Positions 26,203 to 34,706 of a stretch of 43,898 bases of DNA are shown piece after piece (the stretch's first letter is position 1; each line of letters starts with the position of its first letter). The notes beneath the pieces are model-generated. The model was given only the letters and a program-made list of their open reading frames with translations, was not told the DNA's origin and searched no databases. A program made the position numbers and the translations under genes. The DNA lies in the NCBI GenBank assembly GCA_031400655.1, contig JANNQH010000088.1, positions 1-43,898 on the forward strand. The letters are read 5' to 3'. The stretch is from Deltaproteobacteria bacterium. Lineage in GTDB: Bacteria > Myxococcota_A > UBA9160 > UBA4427.

Positions 26203-27297
26203 TCAGCGCACGTGAAGGATCGAATTGGGCTGGCCGGTCGGCCCCGGCGCCGACTGGGGATTCGCCGGATCTTCCCGCCATTCCCCGTCGACGACATAAC
26301 GATACTGATAGGTTCCGGGCTCGAGCGTGAGCACCTTCGTCCAGACCCGGGTCTGCCCCTCGGAGGCGATCAGCGACCGCACGCCACGGTCGGGCACCCA
26401 GCCGTTGAAATCGCCCGCGATCCGCACGTCCCCCGCCGATGAGTCCTTGAAGCGCACCACGACCTCGCGCGGGGCGCCCGGTGCGGCGGCCTGTTCCTTT
26501 CTCTCCACTCCGGTCGAATGGAAGACTTCGGGGGGCGACGCCGACAGCTCCATTGCCACCGAGGCGTAGTCGAGGGCACCGATCGCGGTCGGCGCATAGC
26601 GCGAGATCGGGACACCGGCCTTCGCCGCCTCACGCAGCTTCACGTTCAGGCGCACGACGGAGTCGAAACAAAGTTCCTTGAACAGCTCCCGAATCTCTCC
26701 CAAGGTCGTACGCGCATAGCGCGTACGACCGTCATAAAGAGTCGGCAGGATGCGAACGTGGAGTCTGTGTCCGATCCGATCGGCGAGCAGGCTGATCGTC
26801 TCGAGCAGCTTCTGAACGCCGTCGATCGCGAAGAAGCTGGTTTCGAGCGGGATGATGACCTCGCCCGCCGCGCGCAGGGCGTTGAACGTGAGCAGCCCCA
26901 CGTTCGGCGGGCAATCGATCAGGACGAAATCGTAGAGCGGCGGCAGGCCGTCGAGGGCGGCCGCGAGGCGTTCCGTGCGCGCGTCGTGGCGCTCGCTCGC
27001 GAGCTTCTGCTCGAGCGCCGAGAGCACGATGCTCGAGGGCGCAAGGTCGATCGATTCGCTGACGTCGATGATGATCGAGTCCAGGCGACCGGCGCCCGCC
27101 GGCTCGACCAGCACCTCGTAGAGGTTGGCTTCCAGATCGTCGGGCTCGAGGCCCATTGCGAGCGTCGCGTGGGCCTGGGGATCCATGTCGACGATCAGGA
27201 CGCGATGGCCCTCGGCTGCGAGCGCGCCGGCGAGATTCACCGTCGTCGTCGTCTTACCGCAGCCGCCCTTTTGATTCACGATCGCGATGACACGCAT
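26203..27297 (-). CDS. ParA/Soj-family ATPase fused to a C-terminal CBM48 (AMPK-beta glycogen-binding) domain
   Basis: N-terminus MRVIAIVNQKGGCGKTTTTVNLAGALAAEGHRVLIVDMDPQ has the deviant Walker A. The C-terminus VVRFKDSSAGDVRIAGDFNGWVPD...LEPGTYQYRYVVDGEWREDPANP...NSILHV has the GDFNxW / YxYxxxVDGxW / DP signature of CBM48. Confidence 0.9.
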   Translation of the reverse strand: MRVIAIVNQKGGCGKTTTTVNLAGALAAEGHRVLIVDMDPQAHATLAMGLEPDDLEANLYEVLVEPAGAGRLDSIIIDVSESIDLAPSSIVLSALEQKLASERHDARTERLAAALDGLPPLYDFVLIDCPPNVGLLTFNALRAAGEVIIPLETSFFAIDGVQKLLETISLLADRIGHRLHVRILPTLYDGRTRYARTTLGEIRELFKELCFDSVVRLNVKLREAAKAGVPISRYAPTAIGALDYASVAMELSASPPEVFHSTGVERKEQAAAPGAPREVVVRFKDSSAGDVRIAGDFNGWVPDRGVRSLIASEGQTRVWTKVLTLEPGTYQYRYVVDGEWREDPANPQSAPGPTGQPNSILHVR

Positions 27298-27401
27298 GAC
27301 GTCCCCCCCCGAGGCGTTCCGACCGCGACTCGGGTCGCGGGCGTGTGATCTTCTGACGCTTTTCGATCTGTTCGCACTTCGCGCGGGCCGAGCGTCTCCG
27401 C

Positions 27402-28079
27402 TCAGCCGGTTTCGCTCCAGCGTTTCTGGCTCTGCTTGGCATTTCTGACCGAGGGCTTCGCAGGCCGCGCCGCCGGCTCAGGTGAGCGCTCGACGGCCTG
27501 CACCGGTGCGCGCCGATCGGGGCGTCGACTGCGTCCCCCGCGCGCGCCCTGACGTGGCTGTGTGCGAGCCTCGTGACGAGATTGAGCGTCGGCCTCCTGA
27601 CGCGAACGGAAATCCCACACTTCACGCTGGAAGGCGGCCACCGGAAATACCCATTCCTGGCCGGTGATCGCCTCGAAGACGGTCTCGTCGTGAAAGACGA
27701 GCACGACATCCCCGGTCGCCACGAGCACCAGCTCTGAAAGCGGTCGCCCCACCTGCGGCAGCAGCTCGCGCAGGGCGCCGACACTCTTTCGGATCTTCTG
27801 GACCGAAACGCCGGCGTCGATCAGGCGGCGCGTGGCCTTCAGGGCGACGAGATCGTTGAAGTCGTAGCGGTGGTGGCCACCGGGCGTGCGGGCGGACGGC
27901 TCGACCAGCCCGGTCTTGGCCCAGTACTGGAGCTGTCGGCGCGAGAGGTCGAGCAGGTCGACGACCTCGCTCGTCTTGAAATGGGCACTGACGGAAGCTG
28001 CCGCTCTGCGGGCCTCGCTCGTCTCGGAGGCCAGGACGGCGGCGGTGGACTCGATCTCGGTTGCGTGCGTCGTCGTCAT
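27402..28079 (-). CDS. MerR-family transcriptional regulator with a basic C-terminal tail
   Basis: Internal ATG 28079. The HTH region is FKTSEVVDLLDLSRRQLQYWAKTGLVEPSARTPGGHHRYDFNDLVALKATRRLIDAGVSVQKIR. The C-terminus is Arg/Lys/Pro-rich. Confidence 0.85.
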   Translation of the reverse strand: MTTTHATEIESTAAVLASETSEARRAAASVSAHFKTSEVVDLLDLSRRQLQYWAKTGLVEPSARTPGGHHRYDFNDLVALKATRRLIDAGVSVQKIRKSVGALRELLPQVGRPLSELVLVATGDVVLVFHDETVFEAITGQEWVFPVAAFQREVWDFRSRQEADAQSRHEARTQPRQGARGGRSRRPDRRAPVQAVERSPEPAARPAKPSVRNAKQSQKRWSETG

Positions 28080-28424
28080 CCGGATCTTTCTCGTTCCTGT
28101 CACCCCTGGCGGGTGTCGTGCCACGCGTCCTTCATGCGGGTCCACACGGACGCCCGCAGTCACGGCTGCGGGCCTGCGCAGAACGCAGGGCAACGAACAT
28201 CGGGGGCGGCGATCTCACCGGGCTGCAGCGGGGTCTGCTGATCAAATCGACCCGGTAGAACAGAGTAAAAGTGGCGGGCCGGTTCAAGTCAAGCCAAAAC
28301 TCGAAGGAAATGTCGCGATGGGTGGGAAAAGAACGAGATCTCGCGGGCAGCTTCGGCCGCCCGGCCTGCCGCCCGAGCGAACGGGGCGCGTGTCGCAACC
28401 CGAGCAAGGCTGGTAAGGTCGGGC

Positions 28425-29561
28425 ATGTTGGCCACACCGGATTCCAGGACCAGTCTCGAGCAATCGCCTCGCGAAGCGACCGAGGAGCCAAGCGCAGACG
28501 CGCTCGTTCCCCGCGGGTCCCTGTCTCGATTCGAGGGACGCGACACGGCTCCGGCCGCCCCGGCCACCCCGGAGCCCGGTGGTTCGCCGGCCGCGCCGCC
28601 GGCCGACCCCCCGGTTCGAGCTCTCCCGCTCGTGGCGGTCGACGATCGCATCGATGTCGTCGGCAAGGACGGCCGCTGGCCTTTCAATCAGGGCCGCCTG
28701 CTCCAATCGCTCTACCCGACCGGGCTCGAGGCGGACCAGGCCCTCGAGGTCGTCGTTGCGATCGAGCGCAGTCTGCGCCAACGCAACGCTCGTGAGGTCA
28801 CGCGGGACCTGCTGCGGGCGCTCGTGCATGAAATGCTCGAGCGGGATTTCGGATCCGAGTACGCGGGGCGCTACCGGGTCTGGCGGGCTTTCCAGAATCA
28901 GGATGTGAAGCCGTTGATCCTGCTGCTCGGCGGGACGAGCGGGGTCGGAAAATCGTCGCTCGCGATCGAGGTGGCGCGCCGGTTGTCGATCGCCCGCGTG
29001 CTCTCGACGGACGCGATCCGGGACGTGATGCGCGTGATGATCTCGGACGACCTCGTACCGACGCTGCACGTTTCGTCGTTCGAGGCCCACCAGAGGCTCG
29101 TCACCGCCGTGGCGCCCGGCCTCGATCCAATCATCGAGGGATTCCTCGACCAGTCGCGCACGGTGGCTGTCGGGGTTCGGGCCGTGATCGAGCGCGCGAT
29201 CATCGAGGGCACCAACACGGTGATCGACGGCGTGAGCCTGGTTCCCGGCCTCTACGAGCTCGCGGGCTGGCGCGACCGGGCGCACGTCGTGCTGCTGCTT
29301 GCCGCCGATCAGGACCTCGAGAGCCTGCGCGCGCATATCGTGGCCCGGGCCCACGGGCGCGGCGCACGCGCTTCCGAGCGCTATCTGGGCAGCTTCGAGA
29401 AGATCGTGCGGATCCAGGAAGTGTTGCTCGAGCGCGCGACGGCGTTCGGCGTCGAGGTGATCGACGTGCAGGATCTCGAGGATGCGGTGCGCCACGTCGT
29501 CTCCCACGTCGTCGGGGGGCTGGCGGCGACCCACGAAGCGCAGGGGACGGGACTCGATTAG
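28425..29561 (+). CDS. ATP-cone domain fused to a 2-phosphoglycerate-kinase-like P-loop kinase
   Basis: ATP-cone-like IDVVGKDGRWPFNQGRLLQSL...VTRDLLRALVHEML, then P-loop LLLGGTSGVGKSSLA and LSTDAIRDVMR. The roughly 60-aa N-terminal disordered region has lower third-position GC, so the start is uncertain. Confidence 0.7.
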   Translation: MLATPDSRTSLEQSPREATEEPSADALVPRGSLSRFEGRDTAPAAPATPEPGGSPAAPPADPPVRALPLVAVDDRIDVVGKDGRWPFNQGRLLQSLYPTGLEADQALEVVVAIERSLRQRNAREVTRDLLRALVHEMLERDFGSEYAGRYRVWRAFQNQDVKPLILLLGGTSGVGKSSLAIEVARRLSIARVLSTDAIRDVMRVMISDDLVPTLHVSSFEAHQRLVTAVAPGLDPIIEGFLDQSRTVAVGVRAVIERAIIEGTNTVIDGVSLVPGLYELAGWRDRAHVVLLLAADQDLESLRAHIVARAHGRGARASERYLGSFEKIVRIQEVLLERATAFGVEVIDVQDLEDAVRHVVSHVVGGLAATHEAQGTGLD

Positions 29562-29573
29562 GATCCCGCCGCC

Positions 29574-30281
29574 ATGGGGCGCTCCCTCAAATACGAGATT
29601 CCCGGCGCTGACCCGCGTGTCTCGCCCGAGCAGGTCATGCAGATCGGCTGGGCGACGCTGTTCGCCCGCGCCCGCGCCCGCGAGCGGACCCTGTCGCCCG
29701 CTCCCGAAGCCCCGGTCAGGGTCGACACGGGAGAGCGTCGCCGCGTGATCGAGATCGGCTTCGGGCGGGGCGAGTTCCTGCTCGCGCTCGCGGCGGCCTC
29801 GCCCGAGGCCGACTTCGTCGGAATCGAGGTGTCCTGGAAGCGCGCCCTGAAGATGGCGCGCAAGGTCGCTCGCGCGCGTCTCCCGAACGTCCTGCTCGTC
29901 GTCGGACGCGGTGAGGAAGCGCTCGGCGACTGGTTCGATCCGCGCTCCCTCGCCGAGATCTGGGTCAACTTCTCGGATCCCTGGCCGAAGCTCCGGCACG
30001 CCGAGCGGCGCCTGCTCCAACCGTCCTTCGCCGCGCTCGCGGCGCGGGCGCTCGCCCCGGGCGGGACGCTCTTCGTGGCGACTGATGACGTTCCCTACGC
30101 CCACCAGATCGACGAGGCGCTGGCCGGCGAGAAGGGGCTCCTGAATCGTTATGCGCCGCTCGCGTTCCTGCCCGAGGTGCCCGGGCGCATGACGACCGGC
30201 TACGAAGCCCAGTGGCGCGCCGAGAAAAGGCCGCTTCACTTCTTCGCCTACGCCTCGAGCGGCGAAGGGGCCGTGCGATGA
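29574..30281 (+). CDS. trmB: tRNA (guanine46-N7)-methyltransferase TrmB
   Basis: VIEIGFGRGEFLL (SAM motif I), VGIEV, and NFSDPWPKLRHAERRL (the TrmB signature). Confidence 0.9.
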   Translation: MGRSLKYEIPGADPRVSPEQVMQIGWATLFARARARERTLSPAPEAPVRVDTGERRRVIEIGFGRGEFLLALAAASPEADFVGIEVSWKRALKMARKVARARLPNVLLVVGRGEEALGDWFDPRSLAEIWVNFSDPWPKLRHAERRLLQPSFAALAARALAPGGTLFVATDDVPYAHQIDEALAGEKGLLNRYAPLAFLPEVPGRMTTGYEAQWRAEKRPLHFFAYASSGEGAVR

Positions 30282-31495
30282 CCGCCGCCGAGTCCCGCAC
30301 CCACGCGCGCAGGAAGCCGAGCCTCAAGGACCACTCGCGGGCGAAGCTTCGGGAGGTCTTCGCGGCGCGCGGCTGGCCCGCCTATCGCGCAGACCAGGTG
30401 GCGACCTGGCTCTACCAGCAGGATGCGACCGGGCTCGACGAGATGTCGAATCTGCCGGTGGGACTGCGCAGTGAGATCGCGGCCGAGTTCGAGCTCGAAA
30501 CGCTCGAGGTCGTGCTTTCGCAGCGCTCGGTCGACGGGACCCAGAAGCTGCTCCTGCGCGGCTTCGACGGCGCCCTGATCGAGGCCGTCCTGATCCCCGA
30601 AGAGCGGCGCCACACGCTTTGCGTGTCGACCCAGGTCGGTTGCCCGCTCACCTGCAGCTTCTGCGCGACCGGTGCGCTCGGATTCACGCGCAATCTCTCG
30701 GCCGGCGAGATCGTCGACCAGGTGCTGCACGCGCGGCGGCGGATCCCGGCGGACGAAGCGCTGACCAACGTCGTCTTCATGGGCATGGGCGAGCCGCTCC
30801 TCAACTTGCCCAACGTGTCCGAGGCAATTCGCATCCTCGTCGATCCGAAGGGGCTCGCGCTGGCGCCGCGGCGGATCACCGTCTCGACGGCGGGTGTGTT
30901 GCCCCAGATCGGGCCGCTGCTCTCGGTCGCGCCGATCCATCTCGCGGTGAGCCTGCACGCGACGACCGACGAGGTGCGCGACGTGCTGGTGCCCCTCAAT
31001 AAACGATTTCCGCTGGCGGAGCTGATGGCGACCTTGCGCGCGGAGCCCCAGATCAACCGGCGCAGACCCGTCTTCTTCGAGTACACGCTGATGGACGGTG
31101 TGAACGACTCGCTCGCGGATGCGCGGCGGATGCCGCGTCTGCTCGAGGGGATTCCGGCGAAGGTGAACGTGATTCCGATGAATCCCCACGCCGACGCGCC
31201 CTACCAGCCGCCGCCGACCGCCGTCGTCGATCGTTTCACCGCAGCACTCCACGAGGCGGGGCTCCGGGTGACGCTGCGCCGAGACCGCGGCCGGGACATC
31301 GACGCGGCCTGCGGTCAGCTGGCGAACCGCGCGGCGGCCGAGAAGCCCGACGGCGCGTCTCGCGAGGTGCCACCGGCCGGGTCGCATGCCCGCCCGGAAT
31401 CCCGTCAAGAGGGCCTCGCGGGAAACCGATGGAGCCCGGGGGAAGCCGGCGTCTCACGCCCGGTGGTCGAGGCGCATGCTCTACGCGATCGGTGA
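30278..31495 (+). CDS. rlmN: 23S rRNA/tRNA adenine-C2 methyltransferase RlmN (radical SAM)
   Basis: ATG 30278 overlaps the trmB stop (ATGA). Motifs: YRADQVATWLY, radical-SAM CPLTCSFCATG, GMGEPLLN, and C-terminal DIDAACGQL. There is an Ala/Pro/Arg-rich C-terminal extension. Confidence 0.93.
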   Translation: MTAAESRTHARRKPSLKDHSRAKLREVFAARGWPAYRADQVATWLYQQDATGLDEMSNLPVGLRSEIAAEFELETLEVVLSQRSVDGTQKLLLRGFDGALIEAVLIPEERRHTLCVSTQVGCPLTCSFCATGALGFTRNLSAGEIVDQVLHARRRIPADEALTNVVFMGMGEPLLNLPNVSEAIRILVDPKGLALAPRRITVSTAGVLPQIGPLLSVAPIHLAVSLHATTDEVRDVLVPLNKRFPLAELMATLRAEPQINRRRPVFFEYTLMDGVNDSLADARRMPRLLEGIPAKVNVIPMNPHADAPYQPPPTAVVDRFTAALHEAGLRVTLRRDRGRDIDAACGQLANRAAAEKPDGASREVPPAGSHARPESRQEGLAGNRWSPGEAGVSRPVVEAHALRDR

Positions 31496-32153
31496 CATCC
31501 ACGGCGAACTCGAGAAGCTCGACGAGCTGCTGGCTCTCCTGCCCATCGAGCCGGGCGACAAGCTGATCTTCCTGGGGGATTACATCGATCGCGGTCCGGA
31601 TTCGCCCGGTGTGATCGAGCGCTTGATCGAGCTTCGCGAGCGCCACGACTGCGTCTTCCTGCTCGGGAATCACGAGTCGATGTTCCTCGATTTCCTGGGC
31701 TGGACGGACGACGCCTTTTTTGGGGGCGACGCGTTCCTGATGAACGGTGGGGACCGCACGCTCGCCGGCTACGGCTACTTCGATCGCGAGGACACCGACC
31801 GCGAGAGCTTCCACCTCCCGAAGAGCCACGCGGACTTCCTGCTCGGCCTGCGCCTATCCCACGTCGAGGGTGCCTACCTCTTCGTACACGCCGGCGTCAG
31901 CCAGAACCAGCTGCGAAGTGGAGACCTCGCCTACGCGCTGCGCAAGTCGCGCCCTGAGGATCTGCTCTGGAACCGGACGAGCGGAGATCTGCCCCACGAC
32001 CTCGGCGTCACGATGGTTTACGGACACACGCCGAACGAAGATTTCGGCGTCCGCTGGAATACGCCCTTCAGCATCGGCGTCGACACGGGTGCCGTTTACG
32101 GTGGCCCGCTGACCGCGATCCGCCTGCCCGACGAAAAGGTCTTCCAGGCCTAG
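31476..32153 (+). CDS. Metallophosphoesterase (PPP-family Ser/Thr phosphatase / ApaH-like)
   Basis: Internal ATG 31476 (MLYAIGDIHGELEKL) with motifs GDIHG, GDYIDRGP and GNHE. It overlaps the rlmN end by 20 nt. Confidence 0.85.
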   Translation: MLYAIGDIHGELEKLDELLALLPIEPGDKLIFLGDYIDRGPDSPGVIERLIELRERHDCVFLLGNHESMFLDFLGWTDDAFFGGDAFLMNGGDRTLAGYGYFDREDTDRESFHLPKSHADFLLGLRLSHVEGAYLFVHAGVSQNQLRSGDLAYALRKSRPEDLLWNRTSGDLPHDLGVTMVYGHTPNEDFGVRWNTPFSIGVDTGAVYGGPLTAIRLPDEKVFQA

Positions 32154-32169
32154 CGGGTCGCCTTGCTAG

Positions 32170-34575
32170 CTAGCCCGCGGTCGCCGTGCGGCCCACGACG
32201 TCGCGGGCGCTCGTCTCCGCGCTCCGCTGGCGCAGCTTGGGGACGGTGATCTGCGTTCCTGCCGAGAGTGAGTCGAGGTCGACGTCCGGGTTGTACTGGC
32301 GCAGCAGCCAGATCGGCACCTCGAACTGCCTCGTCGAGAGCTTCCAGATCGAGTCGCCCGGGCCGACCTTGTGGATCGACGTCCCCTCGATCTCCCATTC
32401 GGTGAAGAATTCTTCCTGGAGCTCGCGATGGTATTCGACACGCACCCGCTCGAAGTCGCCCGGCGGCACCTGCGAGAAGTCGAGGCGGAGCTTCTGGTGC
32501 AGGACGACGGGCTCGCCGTAGCGCATGCCGTTCAGCTGTCGCAGGCGACTCGCCCGCACTCCGAGCCACTCGGCGTAATGGCCGAGGGTTTCGTTGGGCT
32601 GGACGAAGATCGTGCGGTCGGGGCCGATCGTGTAGTCGGAGGGATCGGCCAGCAGCCCGGGGCTCGGATCCGTCGCGCTCTCCTCTTTCGCATTCCACCC
32701 TTCAGCGAGCTCTGGATTGGCCTTGGCGGCATTTGCGGCCTGGGCGGTGCTAGCGGCGGTCGCTGACGCGGCCGCCGGAGCGGGGCTCGCGACCTTGGGC
32801 GGGGCGGCCGGAGCGGGCGCGGCGGAAGGCTTCGTCGGGGCGGCAGGCGGCGACTTCACGACCTGGGGCGCGGGCCTGGGATCGGCCTTGGCGATCTGGA
32901 TTTCCGTGGCAGCAGGCTTGGGCGGCAGGGCGTTTTCGGGCAACGCCGTCTGCTTCACGATCGTGAGCCGCTGGCCCGCCTTGATCTGGTGGCGATTGCC
33001 GAGGCCGTTGCTCGCGGCGAGCTGGGCGACCGTGAGGCCGTTCGCGCGCGCGATGCGCGTCAGGTTGTCCCCGCGGCGCACGGTGTAGGTCGTGGTCGCC
33101 ATCTCGACCGCGTCGTCGCCGGTCGGGGCCGGCTTGCTCTCGGGCTCGGTCGTACGCGCGGCGACCGCGATCGGCTGCTCGGGCTCGACCGGAACGCTCT
33201 CCTGCTTCTGCTCCTCATTCGGAGGCGCGGCGGCCACGATGACGTCGCGCGCTGCGGGCTCGATCGGTGTGATCGTGTTGTGGCTCGGCAGTCGCAGGCG
33301 CTGGCCGACGCGGATGCTGTTCGCGCTCCGCAGGCCGTTCAGCGATGCCAGCTGCCGCGTCGACATCCCGTGGCGACGGGCGATCGTCGAGAGCGTGTCG
33401 CCCCGGCGCACCGTGTAGGAGCCGCTCGTCGACTGGCTCGCATAGCGATTGGCATTCGGGATCGCCGCCAGGGCCTCGGAGAGGGGCCGCTCGAGGGAAG
33501 CGCGCGGAACGTGCAGCTTGTAGCCCTTCGGCACGAAGTTCGCGTTGCGCCAGACGCCGGGTCGCAGCGCGGGGTTCGCCTTTTCGAGGGTCACGGCGTC
33601 GACACCGATGGCTGTCGCGAGGTCTCTCGACCGGGCATAGAAGGGGAGCGTCACGGAGTCGAAATCGATCGGTGAGTCGACGGCGAGCTTGCCGAAGTAG
33701 TCCTCGTGGTTCGAGGCGACATGGTTCGCTGCGAGGAATTCGACGTAGAAATTGCGCGAAGCGAAACCGAAGGTCCGCGAGTGGTAATCGCGTACGATGC
33801 GGGCGATGTCCTTGGTGCCGAGCTGCTGCGCGGCGCGCCGCATGCCCGAGGCGCCGTGGTTGTAGGCGGTGATGGCGAGGGGCCAGCTGCCGGTCACGCG
33901 GTAGTTCTGCTCGAGCAATCGGGCCGCCGCGACCGAGGCGCGGTAGGGGTCGAGTCGCTCGTCGACGATGTGGTCGACCTGCATGAAGCGCCGGCCCGTC
34001 GCGTTCGTGAACTGCCAGAGTCCCGCCGCACCGACCCGTGAGTAGATGTTCGGTGTGAACGAAGACTCGACGTGGGGCAGGTTCGCGATCTCGAGCGGGA
34101 GATTCATGTCGCGCAGGATCGCGAGGATGTGTTCCTTGTAGGCGCCGGAGCGGATGATGCCCGCGCGGAACTTGTCTGCCTGGCCCAGCTGGAAGCGGAT
34201 GCGTTCCGAGGCGAGGCGCAGCCGGGTGCTCGTGACGCCGCGACCGAACAGGGCGAGTACGCGCTTCTCGTCGCTCGACAGGTCGCTTCGCTTGCCCGCG
34301 GCGAGGGTGCGGAGGATGCTCTGGTAGTAGCGCTTGCGGGCCTCGCTATGGCGGTCCGCGCCGGAGCGGCTCGGGAACTTCACGACTTCGTAGACGAGGC
34401 CGAGGTCGTGGGTGTCGTGGATCAGACCGCCGTCGGTCCCCACCTCGCTGTAGATGCGTTTCCAGAACGTGACGTCGGGCTCGAGAGCCTTGGGCTGCGG
34501 GAAGTCGCTGCGCGCCGCGAGGGCGGCGGAGGCCACGACCAGGCCCAGCATCACGATCGACAGGATTCTCTTCAT
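32170..34575 (-). CDS. Membrane-bound lytic murein transglycosylase (MltD-like) with multiple LysM domains
   Basis: Signal peptide MKRILSIVMLGLVVASAALA and an SLT catalytic region (LPHVESSFTPNIYSRVGAAGLWQF). Two clear LysM repeats (YTVRRGDTLSTIARRHG..., YTVRRGDNLTRIARANG...) plus two more divergent C-terminal ones, separated by an Ala/Pro-rich linker. Confidence 0.9.
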   Translation of the reverse strand: MKRILSIVMLGLVVASAALAARSDFPQPKALEPDVTFWKRIYSEVGTDGGLIHDTHDLGLVYEVVKFPSRSGADRHSEARKRYYQSILRTLAAGKRSDLSSDEKRVLALFGRGVTSTRLRLASERIRFQLGQADKFRAGIIRSGAYKEHILAILRDMNLPLEIANLPHVESSFTPNIYSRVGAAGLWQFTNATGRRFMQVDHIVDERLDPYRASVAAARLLEQNYRVTGSWPLAITAYNHGASGMRRAAQQLGTKDIARIVRDYHSRTFGFASRNFYVEFLAANHVASNHEDYFGKLAVDSPIDFDSVTLPFYARSRDLATAIGVDAVTLEKANPALRPGVWRNANFVPKGYKLHVPRASLERPLSEALAAIPNANRYASQSTSGSYTVRRGDTLSTIARRHGMSTRQLASLNGLRSANSIRVGQRLRLPSHNTITPIEPAARDVIVAAAPPNEEQKQESVPVEPEQPIAVAARTTEPESKPAPTGDDAVEMATTTYTVRRGDNLTRIARANGLTVAQLAASNGLGNRHQIKAGQRLTIVKQTALPENALPPKPAATEIQIAKADPRPAPQVVKSPPAAPTKPSAAPAPAAPPKVASPAPAAASATAASTAQAANAAKANPELAEGWNAKEESATDPSPGLLADPSDYTIGPDRTIFVQPNETLGHYAEWLGVRASRLRQLNGMRYGEPVVLHQKLRLDFSQVPPGDFERVRVEYHRELQEEFFTEWEIEGTSIHKVGPGDSIWKLSTRQFEVPIWLLRQYNPDVDLDSLSAGTQITVPKLRQRSAETSARDVVGRTATAG

Positions 34576-34706
34576 GGACTCCCTCTTGAACCCGTTCGAT
34601 CGGCAGCTCCGCGGCAGAATCGGAGCGGAAATAAGGCTGTCTCGCCCGGCGGACGGGCCGCGGGAATGACGGGGGGAGTGCGGTGGATTTCAGTCAACTC
34701 GCGAGC

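Noticed and set aside
24514-28079. ParA plus MerR as a plasmid or prophage partition module or integrated mobile element
   Set aside because: There are no ParB, replication, integrase, transposase or phage structural genes, no flanking direct repeats or tRNA, and no compositional break. Both flanks are core housekeeping genes.
28284-30239. 651-aa minus-strand ORF
   Set aside because: It is antisense to the ATP-cone/2-PGK-like gene and trmB, both of which have strong family motifs. Shadow ORF.
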